Shown: in pieces, positions 55,807 to 64,000 of the stretch
Layout of the letters: the number at the start of each line of letters is the position of its first letter
Position numbering within the stretch: the first letter of the stretch is position 1
Assembly (NCBI GenBank): GCA_021776235.1
Contig: JAJFGG010000051.1
Span: forward strand, 25,618-89,617
DNA length: 64,000 nucleotides
Direction: 5' to 3'
Source of the DNA: Alphaproteobacteria bacterium
GTDB taxonomy: Bacteria > Pseudomonadota > Alphaproteobacteria > GCA-2731375
Notes under the pieces: model-generated
Seen by the model: only the letters and a program-made list of their open reading frames with translations
Database searches by the model: none
Told to the model about the DNA's origin: nothing
Program-made: the position numbers and the translations under genes

Positions 55807-57411
55807 TTACTTGAGCTTGTAGATCCGGTCCAGAGGATGAGCCGTGCCCCATACCGTGTCCGGAACGCCGCTGACGGCCTTGTTGTTGAAGACCGTGTGA
55901 TAGGCGATCACGTTGACAGGATAGACGGGAAGATCCCGGGCCAGGATCTTCTGGAACTTGGCATAGTGACCCTTGCGCTTGTCCAGATCCAGTTCGACGC
56001 CGGCCTTGGCCAGAATGGCGTCCACTTCCGAGTTGGCGTAGTTCTGCGTATTCGACCAGATCACCCCTTTCTTGATGTTATTGCTCAGGTAGGTGCGATG
56101 CACGCCGATCACCGGGTCGCCCCAGTTGAACGGCACATCCATGGTCATGTCGAAGTCCCAGTTGCGCACATAATTGGACCAGGTGGGAAAGTCCGGCGAA
56201 ACCCTGACGACCACGTTAATGCCGATCTTCTTCAATTGCGGCTTCAGGTATTCGGCGATCGCCTTTTGGTTCTCGTCGATCGCCGCCGCCGGCAGATAAT
56301 CCACCTTGAGGGTGAAGCGCATGCCATCGCCGCCCTTGCCATAACCGGCATCGTCAAGAATCTTGTTGGCCTTCGCAAGGTCAACGTCATAAAGCTCTAC
56401 TGCGTCTGTATAATAAGGCGTGCCCGGCACGATCGGGCCAGTGGACGGCTTGGAGAAGCCGCCGTGCAGCGCCTTGGTGACGAAATTACGGTCGACCGCA
56501 TAGGCAATGGCCTGACGCACCCGCACGTCGGAAAGCTGCTTTTGCTTAAGATTGAAGGCAATCCAGTTGTTCGGGCCGATGGCGACATAGTGGTCCGAGG
56601 TCACCGTTAGATTTTTGGATTTTTTCAGTCTCGCCAGGGTTCGGCTGGAACTGCTCCAATGCATCATGTCGGCCTTGCCCTGTTCCATGGCAATGATCTG
56701 GCTGGCCACCTGGCCGAAATTCTGCATCACGATCTTGTCGAGATACGGCCCCTCCATGAAGTAATTGTCGTTGCGCTCCAGGATGATGTGTTCGCGCCGC
56801 TTGAACGCCGCAAGCCTGAAGGGGCCGGAACCAACCACGTCCTTGGTATTGCGCGGGTGCTTCTTGATATTCTGGCCGTCGCCGTAGACGTGCTTTGGAA
56901 TGATTGCCGACAGCGGTGCGGTCAAAGCCAGCATGAGCGCCGGATGCGGCTGTTTCAGGCGCAGGACCACCTGATTGGGTGTTGGCGTCTCCACCTCCTG
57001 CAAGGGTGCGAACATCGCCTTGAAGGGGTGATTGTCGCGGTTCGCCTTCAGTGAAAAAGCCACGTCGGCAGAGGTAATGTCATGACCATCGTGGAATTTT
57101 GCACCTTTCCGCAAATTCAACGTGACCGACAGGCCATCGTCGGCGATTTTCCAATCGGTTGCCAGATAGGGGTGGGTTTTGAATTGCCCATCGAGGCGCA
57201 ACAGGGTGGCGAACAGTTGCGCGCCTGGCACCATGGTGGCAACGCCCGATTGCACCGCGGCGTTGAAGTGCCGGGGATTGGCGGTATCCACGATGGTGAG
57301 AGTGCCGCCCCTTTTCGGATCCGCTGCGTGCGCCGTACCTGCCACGGCACCGGCAAGGGCCACCGCGGCAACGAGTTTCGTACCGGAAAATAGGATCCGA
57401 CTTTTCTGCAT
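55807..57411 (-). CDS. ABC transporter substrate-binding protein, family 5 (DppA/OppA-like)
   Basis: Signal peptide MQKSRILFSGTKLVAAVALAGAVAGTAHA. Strong GGGAGGTGA SD before the ATG at 57411. The ORF extends to 57522. Confidence 0.85.
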   Translation of the reverse strand: MQKSRILFSGTKLVAAVALAGAVAGTAHAADPKRGGTLTIVDTANPRHFNAAVQSGVATMVPGAQLFATLLRLDGQFKTHPYLATDWKIADDGLSVTLNLRKGAKFHDGHDITSADVAFSLKANRDNHPFKAMFAPLQEVETPTPNQVVLRLKQPHPALMLALTAPLSAIIPKHVYGDGQNIKKHPRNTKDVVGSGPFRLAAFKRREHIILERNDNYFMEGPYLDKIVMQNFGQVASQIIAMEQGKADMMHWSSSSRTLARLKKSKNLTVTSDHYVAIGPNNWIAFNLKQKQLSDVRVRQAIAYAVDRNFVTKALHGGFSKPSTGPIVPGTPYYTDAVELYDVDLAKANKILDDAGYGKGGDGMRFTLKVDYLPAAAIDENQKAIAEYLKPQLKKIGINVVVRVSPDFPTWSNYVRNWDFDMTMDVPFNWGDPVIGVHRTYLSNNIKKGVIWSNTQNYANSEVDAILAKAGVELDLDKRKGHYAKFQKILARDLPVYPVNVIAYHTVFNNKAVSGVPDTVWGTAHPLDRIYKLK

Positions 57412-57612
57412 GATCACCTCCCTATTGTTCATTGCATTTGATTCAAGACCTAAAAAATATCCGTCGTCAAGCAATGCAGTAGGCATGGCCCCAGTTTCAC
57501 GCCCTGGCATGGCAATGGTCATTGATACGACTTGGTAAATACCGTTTAGCCGTTAAGCTGCAATTGCAGAGAATTCCAAGATTTATCCAGTCATCTCATA
57601 TAGAGGCATGGA

Positions 57613-59268
57613 ATGAGCGAGATAACCGTTTTTACGGCAAAAATCATTCACACCATGAACCCGTCATTACCCACGGCGACGGCGGTTGCCGTGCGCGGCG
57701 GGATGATTATCGAAGTTGGCACGCCCGAGACCATGGGCCCCTGGCTTGATGCCCATCCCCACCACATTGATGATCGATTCCAGGACAAGGTTTTGCTGCC
57801 GGGCTTCATAGATCCCCATTTGCATCCCTCTCTCGCCGCCGTCCTGCTGCCGATGCATTTCATTACCGCGATGGAATGGAAGCTTCCGGATCGTGTGGTG
57901 CCGCCGGTTAGAGGCCATAACGCCTATTTCGATCGATTGCAGGAAATTGAAAGCAGCCTAAGCGATCCCGGAGAACCCTTGATGACCTGGGGCTATCACC
58001 AGATCTGGCATGGACGAATGAACCGTGCCGCCCTGAACGCGATTTCAACGGAGCGTCCGATTGTCGTCTGGCAGCGGTCGTATCATGAAATCTACGCCAA
58101 TGATGCCGCCATTGCCTGGATGGGGCTGGACGAGGATACAATGGACCGGCACCCGCAAATCGATGCCGCCGAAGGCCGCTTCTTCGAAAGCGGCAAGGCC
58201 GTCGCTTCCACTGCGATGCGCGACTACCTGTTGGCCCCGAAGCGTTTCATAAATGGCCTGAAACTGACCAAGCAAGCGGTGCATGCTGGCGGCCACACAA
58301 CAATTGCCGACCTGACCGGTGGATCCTTCGACAACGAAGAGGAATGGCAGGCATTATGCGATACGCTGGACACTGACGACACGCCATTCCGGGTTCAGAT
58401 GATCCCGGCGGGTCATCGCAGGGCAAATGGCATTGGCGACGAAGAAAACGCGCTGAAATGGGTGCAAAGCCGGGCCGAACGCAATACACCCCGACTGTTT
58501 TACCGCGATCACGTGAAGCTTTTTACCGACGGCGGTTTTTTTGCCGAGTTGATGCAGGTCCAGGAGCCCGGGTTTATTGATGGCCATTGCGGTGAATGGA
58601 TGATCGCACCGGAATTCTTTGAAACCCTGGCGCGGACCTACTGGAACGCGGGCTATAAGATCCATGTCCATTGTACCGGCGATCTGGGCGTCGAACTGGC
58701 GCTTGATGTACTGGAAAAACTGCAATGGGAACGGCCGCGTTTTGGCCATCGCTTCACCATTGAGCATTTCGGCCTGTCAACGCCCGAGCAAGTCCGCCGC
58801 GTCGCCGATTTGGGCGCGCTGGTTTCGTGCAATATCTACTATGTGCATGAGCTGGGAGAGGCCTATTGGAAACATTCCATCGGCCATGAACGGGCCTCGC
58901 AGATGTCGCGCCTTGGCACGCTTGCCCGCCACAACGTGACCACGGCGCTGCATTCCGATTTTACAATGGCCCCCGCCTTGCCACTCTATAGCGCCTGGGT
59001 TGCGGTTAATCGCCTGGGCGAGAATGGCGAGGTCTTCGCGCCGGAGGAACGCCTTAGCCTCGAGCAGGCGCTGCGCGCGATTACCATTGACGCCGCATAT
59101 GTTCTGGGCATGGAGCATGAAATCGGCAGCATCCGGGCCGGGAAAAAGGCCGATTTCACCGTTCTTGACGCCGATCCATACGAAACGCCAGTTGAGAATC
59201 TGAAAGACGTCGGGATTTGGGGCACGGTTTTTGAAGGCAAACCGCATAAAATCGAACCCCAGGCCTAA
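57613..59268 (+). CDS. amidohydrolase-family metallohydrolase (Amidohydro_3/YtcJ-like)
   Basis: PGFIDPHLHP metal-binding motif, HCTGD, and C-terminal GSIRAGKKADFTVLD. Confidence 0.8.
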   Translation: MSEITVFTAKIIHTMNPSLPTATAVAVRGGMIIEVGTPETMGPWLDAHPHHIDDRFQDKVLLPGFIDPHLHPSLAAVLLPMHFITAMEWKLPDRVVPPVRGHNAYFDRLQEIESSLSDPGEPLMTWGYHQIWHGRMNRAALNAISTERPIVVWQRSYHEIYANDAAIAWMGLDEDTMDRHPQIDAAEGRFFESGKAVASTAMRDYLLAPKRFINGLKLTKQAVHAGGHTTIADLTGGSFDNEEEWQALCDTLDTDDTPFRVQMIPAGHRRANGIGDEENALKWVQSRAERNTPRLFYRDHVKLFTDGGFFAELMQVQEPGFIDGHCGEWMIAPEFFETLARTYWNAGYKIHVHCTGDLGVELALDVLEKLQWERPRFGHRFTIEHFGLSTPEQVRRVADLGALVSCNIYYVHELGEAYWKHSIGHERASQMSRLGTLARHNVTTALHSDFTMAPALPLYSAWVAVNRLGENGEVFAPEERLSLEQALRAITIDAAYVLGMEHEIGSIRAGKKADFTVLDADPYETPVENLKDVGIWGTVFEGKPHKIEPQA

Positions 59269-59356
59269 TACTTCGGTGCGACGACAGGACCCGTCGCATC
59301 GCAAGGTGGTATGATACCAACGAGCGCTGACAGGAATTATGCGGGAGAGAAGACAG

Positions 59357-60172
59357 ATGGCAACCGACATGGCACCAGACGATCAGCAACTGAACGGCAA
59401 GGTCGCCATCGTCGCCGGCGCCGGCGCGGCGGAAAATGGCATTGGCAATGGCCGCGCCGCCGCCATTCTGCTGGCCAGGGCCGGGGCGAGGGTTTTTGCC
59501 GTCGACCGGGATCTGGAACGGGCGGCGGAAACCGTCCGGATGATCGAAGAGAATGGCGGCGAGGCGCTGGCCCATGCCGGCGATATGACCGACGAGGCCG
59601 ACTGCGAGGCCATGGTGGCCCTGGCAATGGAAAAATTCGGCCGGGTCGACGTTCTGGACAACAATGTCGGCATCGGCAGTTCCGGCACCGTGGTGGATGA
59701 GGTGGTGGAGGTTTGGCAGCGGGTCATGCGGGTCAACGTGCAATCCATGTTCCTGACCGCCAAGTACGCCGTTCCCGCCATGATCGCTAGCGGCGATGGC
59801 GGGGCCATTGTCAATGTGTCCTCGATCTCGGCCCTGCGTCCGCGCGGCCTGACCGCCTATTCCGCCTCCAAGGGCGCGGTGATTTCGCTGACCCGGGCCA
59901 TGGCCATCGACCATGCCGCCGACGGCATCCGGGCCAATTGTATCGCGCCGGGGCCAGTTTACACGCCCATGGTCTATGGCCGCGGCATGTCCGACGAGGC
60001 ACGGGCCCAACGCCGCCAGGCCTCCCCCCTGGGGATCGAGGGCACGGGCTGGGATATTGGCAATGCGGTGGTATTCTTGTCCTCGGCCCGGGCCCGCTAT
60101 ATCACCGGGCAGACCCTTGTCGTCGATGGCGGCATTACCGTTTCCGGTCCCGCCCGGGATCCCAACGCATGA
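59357..60172 (+). CDS. SDR-family oxidoreductase
   Basis: VAIVAGAGAAENGIGNGRA, NNVG, YSASKGAV and ITGQTLVVDGG. Confidence 0.85.
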   Translation: MATDMAPDDQQLNGKVAIVAGAGAAENGIGNGRAAAILLARAGARVFAVDRDLERAAETVRMIEENGGEALAHAGDMTDEADCEAMVALAMEKFGRVDVLDNNVGIGSSGTVVDEVVEVWQRVMRVNVQSMFLTAKYAVPAMIASGDGGAIVNVSSISALRPRGLTAYSASKGAVISLTRAMAIDHAADGIRANCIAPGPVYTPMVYGRGMSDEARAQRRQASPLGIEGTGWDIGNAVVFLSSARARYITGQTLVVDGGITVSGPARDPNA

Positions 60173-60193
60173 ATTCCAGGAGCAGATATCACC

Positions 60194-60739
60194 ATGGCAC
60201 GTATCCCTTATCTTGACCCGGAGGACCTGGCCGAGGACGACCGCGATCTTTTGAAGCGGACCATCAATCTGCACCGCGCCCTGGTCAATAGCCCCGGCGC
60301 CGCACGCAATTTCGGCCATCTGGGCAGCTACATCAGGTTTGGCTCCAAACTGGATCCGCGGTTGCGGGAACTGGCCATTTTGCAGGTCGGCTATCTGAGC
60401 AAGAGCGAGTACGAGTACAGCCACCACATCAAAATCGGCCGCGATTTCGGGGTCACCGACGATGATATCCGGGCCATGATTACCGAAACCGAGGGCCGGA
60501 ACAGCGGTCTACCCCGCCTGGACCGGGCTGTCCTGAGTGCGGCGCGGGAAATGACAGAGAGCGGCCGGATTTCCGATCTTACTTTCGCCAAACTTGAAGA
60601 GGCCCTGAACCCGGAACTGCTGGTCGATCTGACCATCGTCATCGCCTTTTACAATGCGGTGGTCCGTGTCCTGGGCACCCTGGAGATCGACGTCGAGGAC
60701 AGCTATGCGCCCTTTTTGGAGGAATTTCCGTTGCCGTAA
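60194..60739 (+). CDS. carboxymuconolactone decarboxylase (AhpD-like) family protein
   Basis: 181 aa. The pattern LRELAILQVGYLSKSEYEYSHHIKIG is typical of the CMD family (non-Cys variant). Confidence 0.7.
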   Translation: MARIPYLDPEDLAEDDRDLLKRTINLHRALVNSPGAARNFGHLGSYIRFGSKLDPRLRELAILQVGYLSKSEYEYSHHIKIGRDFGVTDDDIRAMITETEGRNSGLPRLDRAVLSAAREMTESGRISDLTFAKLEEALNPELLVDLTIVIAFYNAVVRVLGTLEIDVEDSYAPFLEEFPLP

Positions 60740-60772
60740 CACCCTCCTACATTGATCCAATAACCAGGGCCG

Positions 60773-62287
60773 TCAGCGCTGCCTGATCCTGATGAACAGC
60801 ATCAACGGCAAAGCAGCAACGCAGGCGATAGTGTACATCACAAAGGCGTTTGTGTAGCCGATCAACGTCGCCTGACGGCCGATTTCATCTGCCAAGGCGC
60901 CCAGGCCTGGCGTCGAGTCTATGCTCCACAGGCCGCGTATGCTGTCGAAGGCGAAGGCCTCGTTGAACGGGCTGACGGTCTCGGTAATCTCGGCATAGGC
61001 CACGCTTCCGCTGCGGACCACCGCCAACACACTCAGGGAGATGAAGATACTGCTGCCGAAATTACGCAGCAAATGGAAGATTGCCGAGGCGTCTGGCAGC
61101 AAACGGGCCGGCAGGGTGGCAAAGGTAACCACGGACAACGGCACCCACATGAGGCCGCAGCCGAAGCCTTGCAGGACGCCAATCCAACCGACCTCGAAGG
61201 CCGAAATATTGAAGTCGAAGCCGGCGGTGCGCCAGCCGCTGAGACCGATCAGCCCGAGGCCGAGAAGGATGCCGATGCGCGGATCGAGGCGGCCCATGCG
61301 GGAGGCGGCGAAGAAGCCCAGCACCATGCCGGCGCCGCGCGTACCCAGCAATGTGCCAATCAGGCTGTCGGGAAAACCCATCAGGTCGTGGAGCAGGGGC
61401 GGCATCAACACCAGGGGCGTCATGTTCAACATGCCGTATACGAAGACCAGAAACAGGCCGACCGAGAAGTTGCGGTCAAGAAAAAGCGCCGGGCTGATGA
61501 ACGGCCTGTCAGTCGTCGCCGTGTGCACCACGAACATGTACAAGGAAAGACCAATGAGCATAGCAAGCAGAATAATCAGGTCCGATTCGAACCAGTCGAG
61601 GCGCTGGCCGCGGTCCATGACGAACTGCAGCGCGCTGACCGCCAGCGACAGCAGGATGAAGCCGGTCCAGTCGAGCCGGGTGCCGGGCTGCCGGCCGCCA
61701 TCGCGGATAAAGGCCAGCACGCCCAGCAAAGCAATCACGCACAACGGCAGGATCAACAGGAAAATCCAGCGCCAGCCGTATTCCTCAGCCAGATAACCGC
61801 CCAGCATCGGCGCGATGGCCGGGCCTATCACCACCGACATGCCAAAGACACCCTGCGCCATCGCCCGTTTCGCCGGCGGATAGTTGGCAACGATGATCGC
61901 CTGCGCCAGGGGCACCAGAGGCGCGCCCAAGGCGCCCTGGCCGATCCGGTAAAACAACAGCGGCGGCAGTGTGGTAGCGGTGGCGCAGAGCAGCGAGAAC
62001 AGGGAAAATCCGGCAACCGACCAGATCAGCACCTGGCGCTGGCCAAAACGCGCCACCATCCAGCCGGTCATGGGCGTCACCACCGCGGTCGCCACCACAT
62101 TCAATGTCACCACCCAGGATACCTGATCCGGCGTCGCTGACAGGGCGCCTTGCAATTGCGGCAGCGCCACGTTGACGATGGTCATGGTCAGGGCATAGAG
62201 CATGGTGCACAGGGATACGGTGATCAGAACGATCAATCGGCTGGCCGCCGTGGCATCGGGGACTGCGGCTGCTGGGCTGGCGCTCAT
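60773..62287 (-). CDS. MFS transporter, DHA2 (EmrB/QacA-like, 14 TM segments) family
   Basis: 504 aa. N-terminal LYALTMTIVNVALPQLQGAL and GWMVARFGQRQV motifs. Confidence 0.85.
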   Translation of the reverse strand: MSASPAAAVPDATAASRLIVLITVSLCTMLYALTMTIVNVALPQLQGALSATPDQVSWVVTLNVVATAVVTPMTGWMVARFGQRQVLIWSVAGFSLFSLLCATATTLPPLLFYRIGQGALGAPLVPLAQAIIVANYPPAKRAMAQGVFGMSVVIGPAIAPMLGGYLAEEYGWRWIFLLILPLCVIALLGVLAFIRDGGRQPGTRLDWTGFILLSLAVSALQFVMDRGQRLDWFESDLIILLAMLIGLSLYMFVVHTATTDRPFISPALFLDRNFSVGLFLVFVYGMLNMTPLVLMPPLLHDLMGFPDSLIGTLLGTRGAGMVLGFFAASRMGRLDPRIGILLGLGLIGLSGWRTAGFDFNISAFEVGWIGVLQGFGCGLMWVPLSVVTFATLPARLLPDASAIFHLLRNFGSSIFISLSVLAVVRSGSVAYAEITETVSPFNEAFAFDSIRGLWSIDSTPGLGALADEIGRQATLIGYTNAFVMYTIACVAALPLMLFIRIRQR

Positions 62288-62660
62288 GGCGCAAGTCTAG
62301 AATATATTTGGGACCGGCGTGCAATTCGCGCTCCCTGACACCGGCAGGGAAACCATTCGTCACGAACGAACCGGGACTTTGCAAAAAAGTTCCTAATACT
62401 TTCCCTTCCTCCTGCCCGTTCAGCGAGGAGGTAGAAGCACGAACAATCTTGCAGATTAAAATTGGCGATCCTGCCGCCTACTATCCCGGATAATAGAATT
62501 ATCCTCGAGGAAGGATGAGAAATGACCGCGTCGCTGTCACGAATTTTCTGGATCAAATAAGGCCGGGGTGTGAGCGCCAAGGGCCAACGGGCTGGTTTCG
62601 ATCATGATGCGTGACGGCACCCAATTTTGCTGCGAGTATCGGCATGGAAGGAGGAGAGCC

Positions 62661-63986
62661 ATGGCAAATTTGTCCGATGAGCAACGGGCCGATCAGGAGC
62701 GGCAGTTTGCGCAGGCCCGCGAACTCCACATGGCCGGGCAGCAGGAACAGGCCGGGCAGATCTATCAACAAATACTCGCCACCGATCCTGAACATGCCGA
62801 TACACTGCACTTGAGCGGCGTCCTCTGTCTGCAACGCAAGCAATATCCGCGGGCCATCGATCTGATCGGACAAGCCATCGCGATCCGTCCCGGGCAAGCC
62901 AGGTATCACAGCAATTTGGGCAACGCCCTGCGCGACAGCGGACAGTACGATGCGGCCCTGGCGTCCTATGGTCAGGCGCTTGAAGTCGATCCCCGTTTTA
63001 TCGACGCGCAGCAAAATCTGGGCAAGGCATACTTTGACGCCGGTGAGGCCGAGGCGGCGCGGGCATGTTTTGAACAGGCGCTTGAGATCGATCCTGATTT
63101 CGCCCCATCGCTCAGCGGCCTTGCCATGGTGCTGCAACAGCAAGGACACTTGGATCAGGCCCTCGCGGCCTACCGGCGGGCGATCGAACTGGAACCTGGC
63201 CGTACGGAGTTTCGCACCAACATGGCGACGATCCTGCTCCAGACCGGTGCTGCCGCGGAAGCCCTGGATTTCTGCAATTCCTGCCTGGCGGCGGGGCAAC
63301 AGACCGTAAGATCCCTGGCCATCAAGGGCATTGCTTTGGCCGAGTTGAAGCATGAGACAGAGGCCCGGGCACTGATGGACCTGGACCAACTTATCGATAT
63401 GGCCAGGGTCGAGACGCCGGCGCCTTACGACAGTCTGGCCGCCTTCAACCGCGATCTGGCGGACCACGTCGCTGCCCATCCATCATTGCTGCGCTCGCCG
63501 CCCAACAATGCGACCCGGTTTGGCTGGCACACGGGCGAACTGGCCCACGACGATCATAGCGCCATCCGGGCCCTGAAAACCGTGCTACTGGCCAGTGTAA
63601 ACCGGCGGCTGGCCGACGAACCGGCGGACCGCGCCCATCCTTTCTGGGCGGCCAGGCCAATGCGTATCAAATTGAACATCTGGGGGGTGGTCATGGAAAG
63701 CCAGGGCCACCAGTTGTCCCACGTCCACCCATCGGCCTGGATGGGGGGTGTGTACTATCCCGAGCTGCCGCCGGAAATCGATGACCCTGCGCAGGCGCAG
63801 GCGGGGTGGATCGAATTTGGCAGGGCCAACGACGAATTTTATCACCATTCCGAGCCAATGACGCGGGTGCTGAAGCCGGCGGAAGGTTTACTGGTGACCT
63901 TCCCGTCCTATTTCTGGCACCGAACGATCCCATTCCAATCGAACCGGCGGCGGATCAGCGTCGCTTTCGACGTGGTGCCGGAATAA
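62661..63986 (+). CDS. TPR-repeat protein fused to a C-terminal 2OG-Fe(II)-oxygenase-like domain
   Basis: About 7 TPR units (aa ~15-260). C-terminal H.H...YY.....GWIEFG....LV.FPSY..H....N.....RISVAFD pattern. GGAGGAG SD before the ATG at 62661. Confidence 0.65.
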   Translation: MANLSDEQRADQERQFAQARELHMAGQQEQAGQIYQQILATDPEHADTLHLSGVLCLQRKQYPRAIDLIGQAIAIRPGQARYHSNLGNALRDSGQYDAALASYGQALEVDPRFIDAQQNLGKAYFDAGEAEAARACFEQALEIDPDFAPSLSGLAMVLQQQGHLDQALAAYRRAIELEPGRTEFRTNMATILLQTGAAAEALDFCNSCLAAGQQTVRSLAIKGIALAELKHETEARALMDLDQLIDMARVETPAPYDSLAAFNRDLADHVAAHPSLLRSPPNNATRFGWHTGELAHDDHSAIRALKTVLLASVNRRLADEPADRAHPFWAARPMRIKLNIWGVVMESQGHQLSHVHPSAWMGGVYYPELPPEIDDPAQAQAGWIEFGRANDEFYHHSEPMTRVLKPAEGLLVTFPSYFWHRTIPFQSNRRRISVAFDVVPE

Positions 63987-64000
63987 TACCAACGAGCCCG

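Noticed and set aside
59277-59298. Hairpin TGCGACG-N8-CGTCGCA after the amidohydrolase stop, as a candidate intrinsic terminator
   Set aside because: No U-tract follows the 7-bp stem, and the next gene starts about 60 nt downstream on the same strand. This is insufficient to call a terminator.
59156-60427. 423-aa minus-strand ORF
   Set aside because: It is antisense to the SDR and CMD-family genes, with shadow-ORF composition (Gly/Asp/His/Pro-rich).
1-64000. CRISPR arrays, rRNA/tRNA genes, IS elements, prophage genes and known multi-gene defence systems
   Set aside because: Reading both strands turned up no spaced direct repeats, no structural RNA signatures, and no transposase, integrase or phage-like ORFs. 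The only defence-like module is the RelE/XRE pair.

Overview
About 60% GC chromosomal segment. Gene content and a short 272-aa flagellin suggest an alphaproteobacterium (inference only). I can support about 58 protein-coding genes, mostly catabolic enzymes and transporters. These include hydantoinase A/B, dihydropyrimidinase, an amidase, several SDRs, two ABC importers, two MFS transporters and one DMT transporter. I found no rRNA, tRNA, CRISPR array, transposase or integrase. Points worth a second look:

1. An iodothyronine-deiodinase-family gene (42054-42725) has an in-frame TGA at the catalytic position and a SECIS-like hairpin 13 nt downstream, so it is probably a selenoprotein.
2. Three intergenic nested-palindromic elements of about 270 bp share one architecture, and two share a 33-nt core. 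Two sit in tandem between the flagellin gene and the selenoprotein gene. One is inserted between the two permease genes of an ABC operon.
3. The ATPase gene of that same ABC system carries an in-frame TAA and an LSGGQ-to-LSCCQ signature change, so it is a probable pseudogene.
4. A 938-aa flotillin has an internally duplicated coiled-coil module and 29-aa tandem repeats.
5. A hydantoinase-B protein has an unexplained N-terminal extension of about 175 aa.
6. A single-chain biotin carboxylase-BCCP-carboxyltransferase of 1127 aa converges on a six-gene minus-strand operon of unclear pathway. That operon encodes a membrane protein, an amidase, a DehI-like protein, a small membrane protein, a crotonase and a GATase.
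7. A low-GC islet carries a RelE/XRE toxin-antitoxin pair with an apparently leaderless toxin gene.
8. A second low-GC islet carries two secreted proteins of unknown function.

All family assignments come from reading motifs in the translated ORFs. No database search was run. Many long ORFs antisense to real genes are GC-driven artefacts and were rejected.
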